Part shown: positions 1-12,300 of the stretch, piece after piece
Position numbering within the stretch: the stretch's first letter is position 1
Layout of the letters: each line of letters begins with the position of its first letter
DNA from: Cyanophora paradoxa CCMP329
Taxonomy: Eukaryota; Plantae; Glaucophyta
Assembly: GCA_004431415.1 (NCBI GenBank)
Contig: QPMI01000056.1
Span: 124,001 to 188,000, forward strand
Length of the DNA stretch: 64,000 nucleotides
Direction of reading: 5' to 3'
The notes under the pieces: generated by a model
Told to the model about the DNA's origin: nothing
The model's input: the letters and a program-made list of their open reading frames with translations, nothing else
Database searches by the model: none
Program-made: the position numbers and the translations under genes

Positions 1-2855
1 AGAAGGACCTCGATGTGGTCGTCCTCGAGCTGGTTCCCGAGGGTGAGCCACCCCGGCCGCACGTTGTGCGCCCTCCCAAAGATCTCTGTGAAGGAGTACC
101 CCCCTCAGAAGAGGAGAAGAGGAGAAGAGGGGGTACGCGCCGATCTTGGGGCAGTCGGGGTAGATGCGTTCGATCATGCTGTAGATCTCGTCGGGCTTGC
201 GGCTCGTCTCCCGCACCTGTGTGCACGTGTACCCCCCTCGCGGCCTCAGAGAAGGCGGGACGGGGCTTGGGGGAGTGGGGGAGGGGGGGGTACGGCGCGC
301 CTCAGCGACAATGACGTCGCAGTCGATGTTCCGGTGAATGGGCGGGTTGCCCTGCAGCCCAAATCGGATTGGCAGGGAAAAGGCAGGGGGATTTTCTTTA
401 GTGTCCCGATTTTTAAACCCCACAATTCGAATTCTTAACGACCTGCACCTTTATGCCGACGAGGCAGTGCTCCTTGGAGTGGTTTAGCCAGTGGCCGGTG
501 CGCCCCGTGCGGATGATCCGCTGCAGCTGGTTCGTCTTCACCTGCGCAGAACGGAGTACACCCCGTCACGAAGACCGAACGGAGTACCCCTCCCTCCGTT
601 TTTTGTCCGGCGCACCCAGATGATCTCGTCGACGCGCCTGTACCCCCAGATGGACATGCACTCCCGGGCCAGCTCCATAGCCCGGCCCGTGACCCACCTG
701 CAGAGAGGGGTACGCGTCGCTGCGGGGTTACGAGGTGCGCGCAGGGAGGGGGGTAAAGGCGCACAGAAAGAGCAGGCCATGCTCTGCGAGGCATTGGAGC
801 TTGATACCCCGCATCTCGTCGTCCGTGAGGGTACCGTAAGGCAGCTGGGGGTACACGAAATGAGAAGAGAGTGGAAAAATGCGGGATCGCTGTACCCCAC
901 CTCCATGTGGATGTCCCAGGGAGGGTCCGCCATAATCACCCCGAACTGGCCCACCGACTCCCAGGGGAAGCTCCGGACCTGTGGCGGGGGGTATGCGTCC
1001 TTCCGGGGCCGGCGGGGGTACGGGAAACGAACGTCGGCGTTGATCCACTGGGCGGGGCGGGCGCCCGCGAGGTGCCTCCCGACGACGGGGGCGGAAGGGG
1101 GGGACGAGGAGGAACCCGAGGGGCCCGTACCCCCGTCGCCGTTGTCCGGGTCCGGATCGACTTCGTAGTGCACGAACTGAATCGCTTCGTTCGCAGCCAA
1201 ATTCGGGACCGGGGAGGGGCGTACACGATCGCACTTTGCACGTCTTGACGTGGCGGCACGTGTCGAGGTACGAGCAGTCGCCTAGCGTCACCTGGGTACG
1301 AAATTCAGGGGCGGAGGGGGAGGGGAGGCTCTCGAACCGCGCACCTCGGTGTGGGAGTACAGGAGTTGCCGAAAATGGATCTGAGACGTGCGAAGGTCTC
1401 GCGAGGAGTGGGAAGGGGTACGCAAAAAGAAGGAAGGGCGCGCCTTCGGACAAGCCGAGTACGCGGCGCCCGAGGGGCCAGCCCCCGGCCCGTCCTCCTG
1501 CTAGACCTCAGGGGTACCGCCGGAGGCGCATTCGAAGGGGGAAGGGGGGTACGGCACCTGCCGCTGGCGCCGGACGCACTCCTGACGCGTGAGGTGGTGG
1601 CAGTACTCCTTCACGATACCCCCCGCGCTCCGCGAGCGCAGCTGCGCACCGGTCGGCGCGATCGGAACCGGCGAACGAAGTCACCTGAGTCCGGGAATCG
1701 GCGTACCCGGGCCAGGGCCTCCCTCTCTTTCACAGAGCGGGCGTTGAGGAGCTCGGCGATCTCCGCCCCGACGCGCCCCGCCTCCCGCGCCTGTTTCGAC
1801 CCCAATTTAAGTCAGGGGGGTACGCGATTTCTTTCCGTTCGGGAAGGGTACAGTGGACGCTCGCCTTGAAGGTGGAGTGCCCGAGCAGGCGCTGCAGCTC
1901 GGACGCAGGCTCGGCTGCGGGGGTACTCGGATTCGGAGCTGGGAGGAGGTCGAGGGGGGTACGCACCCTCCCGGGCGGTGGAGGAGGAGGCAAAGAGAGC
2001 CGTCGCGCGGAAAGCTTGCGGGGACGGCCCGTCTTCGGCTCCCGGGCGACGGGGGGCCGGCGCCGCGGCCCCGGCGGCCGCCCTCCCCAGCAGTTCCCGT
2101 ATGAGAAGGCGGCGGTAAGGGGCGGCCCTGCGGCGCGAGCGTTCGCTCTCTCGGCGGGCGCGCGCGGGAGTGGGGGGTACGCGAAACCGCACGCACCCAT
2201 GGGCGCTGGAGGTGAGCTCGGCAAAGGCGGCGGGGGCGTCGGCCGAGAGGACCATGAGCCGCCGGCCGCTCCCGACGTACGTTTCCTCCGTGGAAAGCAT
2301 TCCGGCGCCGGCGAGGTCGTGGATCGCCGGCTCGGCTCCGCGCCATCCCGCGCGGAGCAAGAGCTCGTCGGCGCGCGGGTGCGCCTCGCGGAGGCGCCGA
2401 AGGATGTAGCCCGAATCCAGCGGAAGCGAAGCCGAGTGCTCGTAGAGGTACCACAGGATCAGATCCCGCACCGCCGCCCGGCACTCCGCCTCGTCTGTCG
2501 GCGTTGGCGGGCGAGCGGCGGCTGGCACGTACGCGTGAGAAGCGCAGATCGGGCTCGCACGCGCATACGGACGCACGCTCGCGCGAAGAACCGCCGATTG
2601 CGGCAACCGCGCTCTCCGTCGGTGCCGCGGAGTGCCCGTTGCCGCTGCTCGGATCCGACGAAGCCAACGAGGGGAGAGGCTCGGGCTCGTCCGCTGCGCG
2701 GCGAGCGGGAAAACGGCGGTCAGGAACGGCGGTCTGGGAGGTTCTGCGCGCGCTCAAGGCGGCGAACCCTGCGTGCCGAGGCGCCTGCGCTTGAGCCGCT
2801 CGCGGACCGCCTGCTGCAGCCGGCGGTGTTCCTCGACCGCGTCCATCGACTCCAT
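1..2855 (-). CDS. METTL3: mRNA m6A methyltransferase catalytic subunit (MT-A70 family, METTL3/Ime4 ortholog), multi-exon, 3' end beyond window
   Basis: Hand-spliced exons give an N-terminal leader helix [25 protein letters not shown], zinc-finger segments ([11 protein letters not shown]; [21 protein letters not shown]) and catalytic [27 protein letters not shown]. These are followed by [60 protein letters not shown] and [23 protein letters not shown] at 2855. Confidence 0.93.
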
Positions 2856-2980
2856 GGCCGTCCGCAGCGCCCAAGGGGCGACAGGGCGGCAGCCAGCTGC
2901 GTTCGCTTGGATCGTGCGGCTGCTTTTGGGGGGTACAAGCTCGGCGTCGAGGAGGCGCCAGGGCGGCGATCTTCAGGGCA
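2856..2980. promoter_or_regulatory. Putative compact bidirectional promoter between METTL3 and cathepsin C
   Basis: Only 125 nt separate the divergent predicted ATGs (2855 minus, 2981 plus). Confidence 0.5.
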
Positions 2981-5900
2981 ATGTCCCGCAGCGGCGCGCG
3001 CGCGCTCCTCTTGCTCGGGCTGGTGTTACTGGCGGTGGCGCAGGACACGGCGCGCAGCCCCCCGCGCACTTTCGTGACCCGAGCGCTGCCAGGCTGACCG
3101 GCGGGCGCAGCCTCCCGCAACTGATGGAGAGAGCGTGTGCGTGGCCGCTGATCTTGAGGGCGAGTGGGTGCTCGAACTGGAGGCGGAGCCCACGAACGCG
3201 CTGCCGCTCCTCGCAGCGACCGACTGCCTCAAGATGAAACCCTCGCTCCTGCTCGAGGCCAGCGACACGCTGAAGGTGCGGGCTTCAAGCGTATGCTCGG
3301 ATCTTGAGCTATCTGTCTTCGGCGCGGCCCCGCGCGGCCGCAGGGCTCGGCGATCTCTCCTCCCGCGCCAGCTCGATTGATCGGGGCCCAGTCCCCGGGC
3401 GCGCGGCTGACCTGCGTGCGCGCAGCTCACTCTCAAGAGCCCCAATGTGGCCATGGATGTGGAGAGGAACACCGAGGGTGAGCATGCGCCGCGCCGGCGC
3501 CCGTCTCGAGGCTTCCCGCGCTCCAGCGCTAGCCGGCTCGTCCCCCCGACGCGCTGACCGATGCGACCGCCTGCGACCGCATCAGGCACATGGACGATGG
3601 TGATCCCGCGCTCGCGCGCGCGCCGGCCGCGCGAAAGCCGACATTTGATCCGCCCACGCGCACGCGCGCGCAGGTCTACGGCGTCGGCTTCGAGATCACG
3701 ATCGACGGGAAGAAGTACTTCTCGTTCCTGGCGGGCGACAAGGACGGGTGCCACCGAACAAAGGCCGGCGTCGCCCACAACGCGGACGACACACACTGGG
3801 CGTGCTTCGCGGTGCGCTCGCGGGCGCCGCTTCCGCTTCCGCTTTCTCCGCAGCCGTATTCGGAGAGATAGCCTAAGGTGGCTTAGGTGTGGCGGTAGAG
3901 TACACCTAATTATATAAGCCACCTTAGGCTATCTCTCCGCTTCCGCTTTCCCCGCAGCCGCTTTCGCCTCGCGATTCAATAGTTTGATCGCGCGCAGGCC
4001 CAGAAGGTGAAGCACGCGGACGGCTCGCCCGTCGACCCGCGCCCGCTGCCGCGGGGCGAACCGCGTGCGCGCTCGCCCCGCCGACCGCCCGCCCGCCCGC
4101 CCGCCGCCTCGCGCCGAGCGCACGCATGCGCATGCGAAGCGATCGGAGCGGCTGCGGAGGAGGCCGAGGGCGACGCGGGGGACGCGGGGATCGCGTCGAG
4201 GCTCGCGGGCCTCTACGGCGGCCTGCAGCGCGCCGTGGACGAGGCCGCAGCGACCGCCGCCGCCGCGCTCGGCCTCGCGAGGCGGCCCGGCGCTCCCGAG
4301 GACGAGCCCGCCGCCCTTTCCTCGCTGGAGATCAGCCGGAACCGTGCGCGGCGCGGCCGCCTCTTCTTCCTTCGAATTCGAATTCAAATGCCGCCCCAAT
4401 TTGATCTGTGGCGCAGTGGCGGCGGCGGAGCGCTACGCGGCGCACATCAACGCGGAGCAGAGCTCCTGGAGGGCCGCCGCATCGCCACGCTTCGCGGCCA
4501 TGACCCGCGCCCGGCTCCGCCGCATGCTCGGCTCCAGGCCGGCGCGGCGGCTCGTGGCGGCCGTCAACCCACTCAAGTGCGCCGGAGCCGCCCTCGCCGT
4601 TCGAATTCGAATTTGAATTCGAATCGAATTTGATCCCCGCGCCCGCCCGCGCCCTCGGGCCGCAGGACGGCGTTCCGCATGTCCCCTCAGGAAGAGCGCG
4701 AGCGGTGCGCGCGGCTCATCTAACCAATTCGATCCGATCAAATTCGAATCGAATTTGATCCGATCGAATCCGGCCCCGCAGGTACGGGGACCTGCCCGAG
4801 AACTTCGACTGGCGCTCCGTCAACGGCGTCGACTACGACCCGCCCGTCGACGACCAGTCCAGGTCCGCTTTCGGCAGGGCGGGGCGGAGCGGGGCGGGGC
4901 GGGGCGGGCCGGGGCGGGCCGGGGTCGGAGCGGGGCGGGGCTAGGGAAGGACCGGAGCGTCCCTCCAACGGGGCGGAGTGAGGCGGGGCGGGGCGGGGCG
5001 GCGTCTACCCCAGGAGGAGCCTCCCCCCCCCCCCCCCCCCCCTCCCCTTTCCTCCTCCAAGGCGGGGAGGGCTCTGGGTGATCCTAGAGAGCCTAGAGGA
5101 GCGGGCGGCGTCCTAGAGGGCCTAGGACCCCCTCTACCCTCCAACCCCCCAAGCTTTCGGGCTTTCGGCCCTCGCCTCCCCCGCCTCTGCCCCTCCCCGT
5201 CGCGGCTGACGGGCCGGCGGCAGCTGCGGGTCGTGCTACGCCGTCTCGTCGGCCGCCATGCTCACCGCCCGCGCCCGCGTCCAGTCCCGTGCGCCCCCCG
5301 CCGCCCGCCGCCCCCCCACTTAGAGTGGGTCCGCCCGGTTAGATCGTCCACCCCCCGCCCGCCGCCGCCCGCCGCCGCTTTGCCCAGAGAGATAGGTTAG
5401 AGTTGATAAAGGACACCCAGTCCAAGCAAGCCACGCGTGCCGGGCACAGCCTAGTCTAAACTCTACCGCCACACCTAAGCCACTTAGGCTATCTCTCCGC
5501 GCCCGCGTCCTGTCCCGTGCGCCGCCCCCTGCCGCCCGCCGCCGCCCGCCGCCAGCCCAACCCAACCTCTGACCTCTGATCCTTTTGCAGGGGAGGCGGC
5601 GCGGGCGGCCTTCAGCGCCCAGGATGTCGTATCCTGCTCCCCCTACTCGTGCCCCCGCCCCCGCCCGCCCGCCCGGCCCCCTTCGAGCCCCCAGCCTCCG
5701 AGCCCAATCTAAGATTGGGCTCCTAAGCCTAACCTAACCTAAGCTCCGGTCTTATCTAAACCTAAGAGTCTAACCTAAGCTCCGGTCTTATCTAAACCCT
5801 CGCCCCTCCTCCGGCGCGCAGGGACGGGTGCGACGGGGGCGAGCCTTTCCTGGCCTTCAAGTACGGGGCCGACGTCGGCATCGTCGACGCCGCCTGCTTC

Positions 5901-7988
5901 CCCTACGCTGACTACGTGCGCCTCTAAGACGAAGCCTTTCATGCCTTAAAACCTCGAGCGCCTTGCAGCCTCAAATTGCGAAGCCTTAGACTGCTTTAAG
6001 CATCTTTAGCTCCTTGAAATCTAGCTAAAGAGCCCCGCTTGAAGCCTTGAAGCCCTTGAGGCTGCCACGTCAACGCTCTTATTCTTCGTTCGCTTTAGAG
6101 CCTTGAAAGCTCGATCACCTCTAGCTTCGTTAGACTGGAGCGCCCCGCTTCGCTCCTCTCCCTCGGCCCGCGGGACTTCGCTTACGCTCTTCTTCTTCGT
6201 TCGCAGGGGTACAAGGGGGCGACGGCGCCGCCGTGCCGGGCGCGCTGCCCCGGCGGCAAGACGCTACGCCGCAAGGTCCGTCTATATTGAAAAAGAAGCA
6301 TTAGCTACGTTAGTTGTTAATAGACATTTAATTACTTAGGGGGTAAAGACTTTTAAAGACACCTAGGGCCGGGCCGGGCCCACACCAACTAGCGGGGGGC
6401 TGGGCTAGCTAGCTCCCCCCTCTCCCCTTCCCTGTGGATCTGATGCGGGGCGGCGCCGCGGGGCGGCAGGTAACGAACTACCAGTACGTCGGCGGCTTCT
6501 ACGGCAACTGCTCCGAGGTGCGCCCTGCAGCGGGCCTACAGCACCAGCTCTAGGGGCCGCCCTAGGCCACCGCCCCCCCCGGCCTCCCCCGGCCTCCCCC
6601 GCCGACCCCCCGGCAGGTGGGGATGATGCGGGCGATTCTGGAGGGCGGCCCCATCGTCACCGCCCTCAACGTGCCCCCTCTCTCCCCCCCCCCCCCCCCC
6701 CCCCCACCTCCCCCCCGCCCCCCGCGCCCCGGCCCTCCGGGCCCTCCCTCGCCGCCGTCCCGAGCCATTTGCCGTCCCGTCGCCGCCGCAATTTGCACGC
6801 CCTCGCCGCCCCGCCCCGCCCCGCCGCCCCGCCGCCCTGCGCCCCGGCCCTCCGGGCCCTCCCTCGCCGGCGCCCGAGCCTTTTAATTTGCCCGCCCGCC
6901 CCGGCCGCCTCCCTCGCCCGCTCCTCTCCCCGCCTCCGGATCCCCTCCCCCTGCGACGCCCCCCCCCCCCCCCCCCCCCCCGTCCGCCCCTTCCCACCCC
7001 CTCCCCCCCCCTTTCTCTCTTTCTCTCGCGCCCCGCCCCGCGCTCAGGCCCCGCTTCGCTCGCAGGCGAAGGACGACCTGGTGGCGTACAACGCGGGGGT
7101 ATACCACCACGTCCCCAGGCCCCCCGGCCCTCACCTCGAGGTCCGCGGGGCCACCTCGAGAAGCTTCTCAGCTCGGGCCCGGGTCTGATCGCGGGCGGCG
7201 CGGGCCCGTGTCTGGGCGCAGGGGATGGAGGACGCGTTCTTCGAGCCGACGAACCACGCCGTCGTCGTCGTCGGATGGGTGCGCCCGCCCGCCCGCTGAG
7301 CTCATTTGGACGCCTGGCTTAGGCAGCTGCTCTGGCTGGAATAGCTTAAGACCGCTGCCTAGCTGGAATAGCGCAATAGCTTATGATTGCGCACTCGTCC
7401 TTGACCTATATACCGTACTGGCTTATATAATTAGGCCGCCGCTCTAGCTGGATAAGCTCTAGCTCTAGCTAAGGCCGTCTACGTTTCGTCCTCTGATCGC
7501 CGCGCTCCCTCGCAGGGCGTGGAGGCGGCGAGCGGGGAGAAGTACTGGATCATACGAAATAGCTGGGGGGCGGACTGGGGCGAGGGGGGGTACTTCCGCA
7601 TCCGCCGCGGCACCGACGAGTCCGCCGTCGAGGCCGAGGTGCCCCCACTGGTTAGAAGCTTGTTCTAAGATCGTCTAGAAATCATTCGAAGCTTAAGCTT
7701 GTTCTTAGAACCTTGCCCATTCCCGGAACCTTGGAGCCTGTATAAATCCGATGCAACTCGCTAGAGATAGCGATTAAAAGAACCTAGAGAACCTGCCGCC
7801 CCCTCCAGCTCCCCACCCCACCCCACCCTCCCTGCGGAGCTTCCCCCCCCCCCCCCCCTCTCCCGCCCCGGCCTCGCCTGAGCCCCCCCCCCCCCCCCCC
7901 CCTCTCCCCCCAGGGCGTCTTCGCGGACCCCGTCTTCCTCCCCGGCGACCTCGGGCCGCCCTCGGCCTCGAGCGAGGCGCCGGCCTAG
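2981..7988 (+). CDS. CTSC: Cathepsin C / dipeptidyl peptidase I-like papain-family (C1A) cysteine protease, multi-exon
   Basis: Signal peptide [21 protein letters not shown] followed by DTPPA, then the exclusion domain ([21 protein letters not shown]...HWACF) and pro-region [10 protein letters not shown]. The mature domain has LPENFDWR, catalytic [36 protein letters not shown] and [29 protein letters not shown] at 7986-7988. Confidence 0.92.
3861..3939. mobile_element. Small intronic hairpin/MITE-like element with 25-bp perfect terminal inverted repeat
   Basis: CGGAGAGATAGCCTAAGGTGGCTTA ... TAAGCCACCTTAGGCTATCTCTCCG, flanked by a ~30-bp imperfect direct duplication (~3833-3862 vs ~3937-3966). 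Confidence 0.6.
5387..5499. mobile_element. Second member of the GAGAGATAG hairpin element family, in a cathepsin C intron
   Basis: Its right end CTCTACCGCCACACCTAAGCCACTTAGGCTATCTCTCCG is the reverse complement of 3861-3900 (1 nt gap). It is followed by a copy of the upstream exon end and 5' splice site. Confidence 0.5.
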
Positions 7989-9313
7989 GGCCGTAGCCTC
8001 GTGGGGGCTCGGGCCCTGGGGGTCCGCTCGGGGCGAGCGAGGCGTGAATAGATAGCTATAGATAGGTAGCGCCCCTTCCGCGCGGCTCCATATGTTTGGT
8101 AGGGAAGGGGTGTTTAGGCAAGATATCGGTAGCTTTGAATATTCGCTGCAGCTTTTTCTTCGAATTCAAGAGCTAGGAGCCCGGGCTTATGTCTGTTCAT
8201 AATTCTTTGCGAGGTGGGTAGCGCCTTAGTTAGCGTGAACGTTTTTAATTCTCTCAGAGTCTTGCTCTTTGCTTTCAAGTTTTGCTCTTAGAATTTGCAA
8301 ATTGTAAGTATCTATAGCTTGAGGCAGCCGACCGGACCAGCCTTCCTGTTCATCAGGCTTTAAATGATCATGATGTCCGGACCGACCGGACTATTGGAGT
8401 CGCGGCCGGCGGCTCTCCTGGCGGGGCGACGTCGGCGGTCCGGCCAGCGGGCATGGTCCGCCAGGAGAGCCGCCGGCCGCGACTGCCCGGAGAGAACCGT
8501 CGGCGGGGCGCCAAGTACCCCTGCGCATGCTGCGCCCCGCCCGGGCCCGGGGCGCGCGACGGGAGGGGCGCGCGGGCCCGGCGGCGGCCTCCCCGCGGCC
8601 GGCCCTCGAGCTCGGGGCCCGGCCGGGACAGCACCGTCGCCGCCGGTGCCGCGCGCGGCCGTCCCCGCGCGCGCCGGCGGCTCTACTAGCGGGTCGGCCG
8701 CCGGGCCGCGGGGCCGCGCGCGAGGCTCACGATATCATATGCACGATGCGCTCCCAGCTGCGTATGCGCATGCGGCCGCTCGGGACATGCAGATTGTGCA
8801 CGTTCGAGAGCCGCCGACTGCGCCGCGCGCGCCCGCAGCGTGCGTTGTTGCTGCGGCAGGCCGCTTGCAATTGGTGCTCGAGGGCGCTTGCAATTGCTCC
8901 GAGCTCGAGCGCGGACCGGAGCTCGAGCGGGAATCGAATCGAGGTGGATGCGGGCAGGCTGGTCGAGCTGCCCGCATCCGCCTCCAACGCGCCTGCCCAG
9001 CGCCGTTGCTTCGTAGCCGCCTGCGTTTTGTGCCGGCTTTGACAACCGCTTTGTTCGGTTTGCAATTGGGGTACAATACCCTCATCGTCATCGTGGTTTC
9101 TGAGAGAGAGCACTCGGCGGCGAGACGCAGGCCCAGATGTACATGTGATTGTAGACTGAGCTCGAGCCGAATCGATAAGCCTGCATGACGCATCAGGACG
9201 CGTCAGGACGCATCAAAAACGCATCAGCAGCATCAAAAGCCACTGCAGCCTGACCGTCGACGTCGTAACAGAGGGCACCCTTATCACCCGCACCTTGCAC
9301 CAGCTGAGCGCAG

Positions 9314-12300
9314 ATGGGCTGCTGCAAGTCCAAACCGAATTTAGGCAGTCGCAACGCAGCGGCAACGAGAACCGCGAATTCGAAGCTCGAGGAAGTGACT
9401 GTAGTAGTTTCGGAACGTCCGTCGATCCCAGCGACCCCACTGGTCCCATCCGCGCAGCCTAGGCCTGCAGCCGCACCTGCTGCTGCATCGGCGGCCCAGG
9501 TTTCGGCAGCTCGTCAAGATGGGGCACCCCAGCAGCTCGTTGTGCACGGCGTGCCGGTAGAATGGCCAGCCGCTGCGGTCCGAGCTCCTTCGACGGCCCC
9601 GCGGCCGGCTGCGGCTCCCTCGGCCGCGCTCCGGGACGGTCAGCTGGCCCAGAAGCGCGTCGTGCGCATCTTCGTCTCCTCGACCTTCCGTGCGCGCGAT
9701 TGGACGCCGTCTAGGCCAGCGCAGGCCGCGGCCGCCCGTCCCTTCTGACCTGTGGCCGCGCCGGCAGAGGACATGCAGGCGGAGCGCGACGCCATCCGGA
9801 GCTTCGTAAACCCGACGCTGAAGGCGATGTGCGCGGAGCGCGGGCTCTTCTTCCACTGCGTCGACCTCAGGCCCGGCCCGCCTGCGATTCGATCTGGCCT
9901 CCCTTGAACTGACGCCGCGCGCCGCAGGTGGGGCATCAACGAGGAGGCGTGCAAGGCGGGCTTGGTGACTCTCCTGTGCCTGCGCGAGGTATCTCGCAGC
10001 ACTCATTTCGTCGGCCTGCTCAAGGTGCCGCCCTCCCTGCGCGACGCCCGAGGTCCGGGCCGGGGCGCCCGCCGACGCACCGCGATGCAACACAGGCCCG
10101 CTACGGGTGGCACCTGCGGCCCGACGCGCCCACCGACGACAAGGACAACGGTCTCTTCCGCCTGTACGCACCATCCCGGGCCCAATCCTTTCCGAGGAGC
10201 CGCCGGTGACCGGACGCGCTGCGCAGGAACCTGAACCGCGCGGCGGAGGAGTTCCCCTGGGTGCGCGAGTGGGAGGACCGCAGCGTGACCGAGATCGGTG
10301 CGTGCACAAGCGGGCTCCGGGCCGCGGCCGCCTTCTTAGCGGGCCGCGATCAGAGATCCGCGCGGGCGTACTCGGTGGCGCGGCGCGGACCGCAGGGGCG
10401 GGGCCCCCCGCCTCGCGCCTCGAGGTGCGGCCCGGCCCGCAGCGGCCGCCGCTTCGCTCGCCGCTTTCGGCGCCGTCGGCTCACTGCCCGCCCTCAGGCG
10501 ATGCGCGGCAAGAGTCTGTTCTACGTTGCCGGGCCGGGCCTGATGCGAGACGCCGTCGCCACCGGCGGGGCCGGGGAGGGTGCCTACGCCAAGCAGCGCC
10601 TGGAGGCGCTGAAGGGCGAGATCCGCTCCGCCGGCCTGCCCGTCGCCGAGTACCCCGACGCCCAGCGGCTCGCCCTCGCCATGCGCGACGCCCTCAAGGC
10701 GGTGCGCGCGTACCCCGGCTTCGATCGTCTGCCCGCCCCCTGACCGTGGCTGCAGAGGCTTGAGCAGGAGTTCCCGCTCGAAAGGGAGCGGCCGTGGCTG
10801 GAGGCGGAGCGGTCGCATCACGAGGCGTTCGCGGCATCGCGGCAGCGCGTCTTCGTGCGCAACCCGGAGGACATAGACACGCTGAGCGCCTATGCGGCGG
10901 CCTCGGGCCCCGAGGTCCTCGTCCTCCATGGCGAGGGCGGCTGTGGCAAGAGCGGTGCGCCTGCAGCCACCGGGCATATGCGCATGGTCCCGTTGCTGAC
11001 GGCGGGCCGCGCAGCGCTGCTTGCAAACTGGGCGCGGGAGTGGGCCGCATCGTACCCCGACGACCTGGTGGTCGTTCACTTCATCGGTGGATCCCAGAGC
11101 AGCTCACTGCTCGCGTCGGTCGCCCGGTTCGCGTACTCCACCGCGCCTCGTCCCCCACGCTCCCGCCGATTCCGTTCTGCCCGACAGGCGCATCAGCGAG
11201 GAGGTCCGCGGTCGGTGGCCCGGGGCCGAGGCCATCGACCTGCGCGGCACGGACGCCGAGGTGGCGGCCCGCCTGAGCGCCTTCCTCGCTGCCAGCGCCG
11301 GCTGGCCCTTCCGCGCCGTCCTCATCATGGACGGGCTGGACCAGCTGCGGGGCGACCCGGCCGCGACAGGCCTCGCGTGGCTCCCGCCCGCCGCCGGCCC
11401 CCGCCTCGGCATCCTCGTCTCGAGCCTGCGCGGTACGGCTCCCACTGCAGCTGAGCCTTGGCGCCCCGCCAAAGCGGCCCGGCAGGCCCGACGCTGGACG
11501 CCGCGATGGCGAGGGCGCACATCGCCCGCGAGGTTGCACCCCTCACGGAGGCCCGGTGCCGGAGGCTGGTCGAGGGCGTGCTCCGTGAGCAGGGGCGTGC
11601 CCTCTCCGACGAGCGCCTCGAGCGGATCGTGCGGGCGGAGGCATGCCGCAACGCGCTCTTCCTGACCGTCCTCCTCGATGAGCTCTCGGCCGTCTCCGTC
11701 CACGCAAAGCTCGATGCCGACATCGACGCGCTCCTTGGCTGCGGAGGCGAGCCGCGGGACCTCTTCCGCCTCGTCTTGCGCCACCTCGGCTCGCGCCACG
11801 GGGCGGCCCTTGCGCGGGACGTCGCGTCGGCCATCGCCTGCGCGCGGCACGGGATGGCGGAGGACGAGCTCAAGGCATTCGTGGGCGTGGACACGAGTGG
11901 CGGGCCACGGGAAGTCGACTGGAGCCTCTTCTGGCATGACTTCCTGGGGCTCGTCGTCTGCCGCGACGGCCCGTACGCCTTCTTCCACCGCTGCACAGCC
12001 GAGGCGGCGGAGCTCGAGTTCGGCCTTGCGGGCGAGTGGACGGCCGAGCAGCAGGCGGTCGTCCACGCGCGGCTGGGCGAGTTTTTTGCCACGCAGCCGG
12101 CCTCGCAGCGGCGCGCGGAGGAGGGCCCATGGGCGCTGGCGCGGGGTGGGCCCAACTCGAGCGAGCGCCTGGCGGGCATCCTCTGCGACCCCGACATCCT
12201 CAATCGACTGGACGAGTACGAGCGAGTGGGCGGTCCGACGAGGCTGCGGTGCGCTACGCAAAGGCGCTACGGCTGGGGGACGAGGAGGCGAACCCTGGCG

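Noticed and set aside
1-2855. MT-A70 gene as a DNA 6mA methyltransferase (AMT1/METTL4) or bacterial MTase explaining the palindrome bias
   Set aside because: The leader helix, CCCH fingers and [20 protein letters not shown] motif are METTL3-type (mRNA m6A).
1807-3120. Long Arg/Pro/Ala/Gly-rich ORFs here and elsewhere (e.g. 1866-3077, 11678-13735, 27156-28772) as genes
   Set aside because: They are shadow or intron read-through frames caused by high GC; the conserved motifs appear only after splicing.
5705-5800. CCTAA-rich stretch as interstitial telomere
   Set aside because: There are only a few irregular CCTAA units, inside a ~29-bp tandem duplication in an intron.
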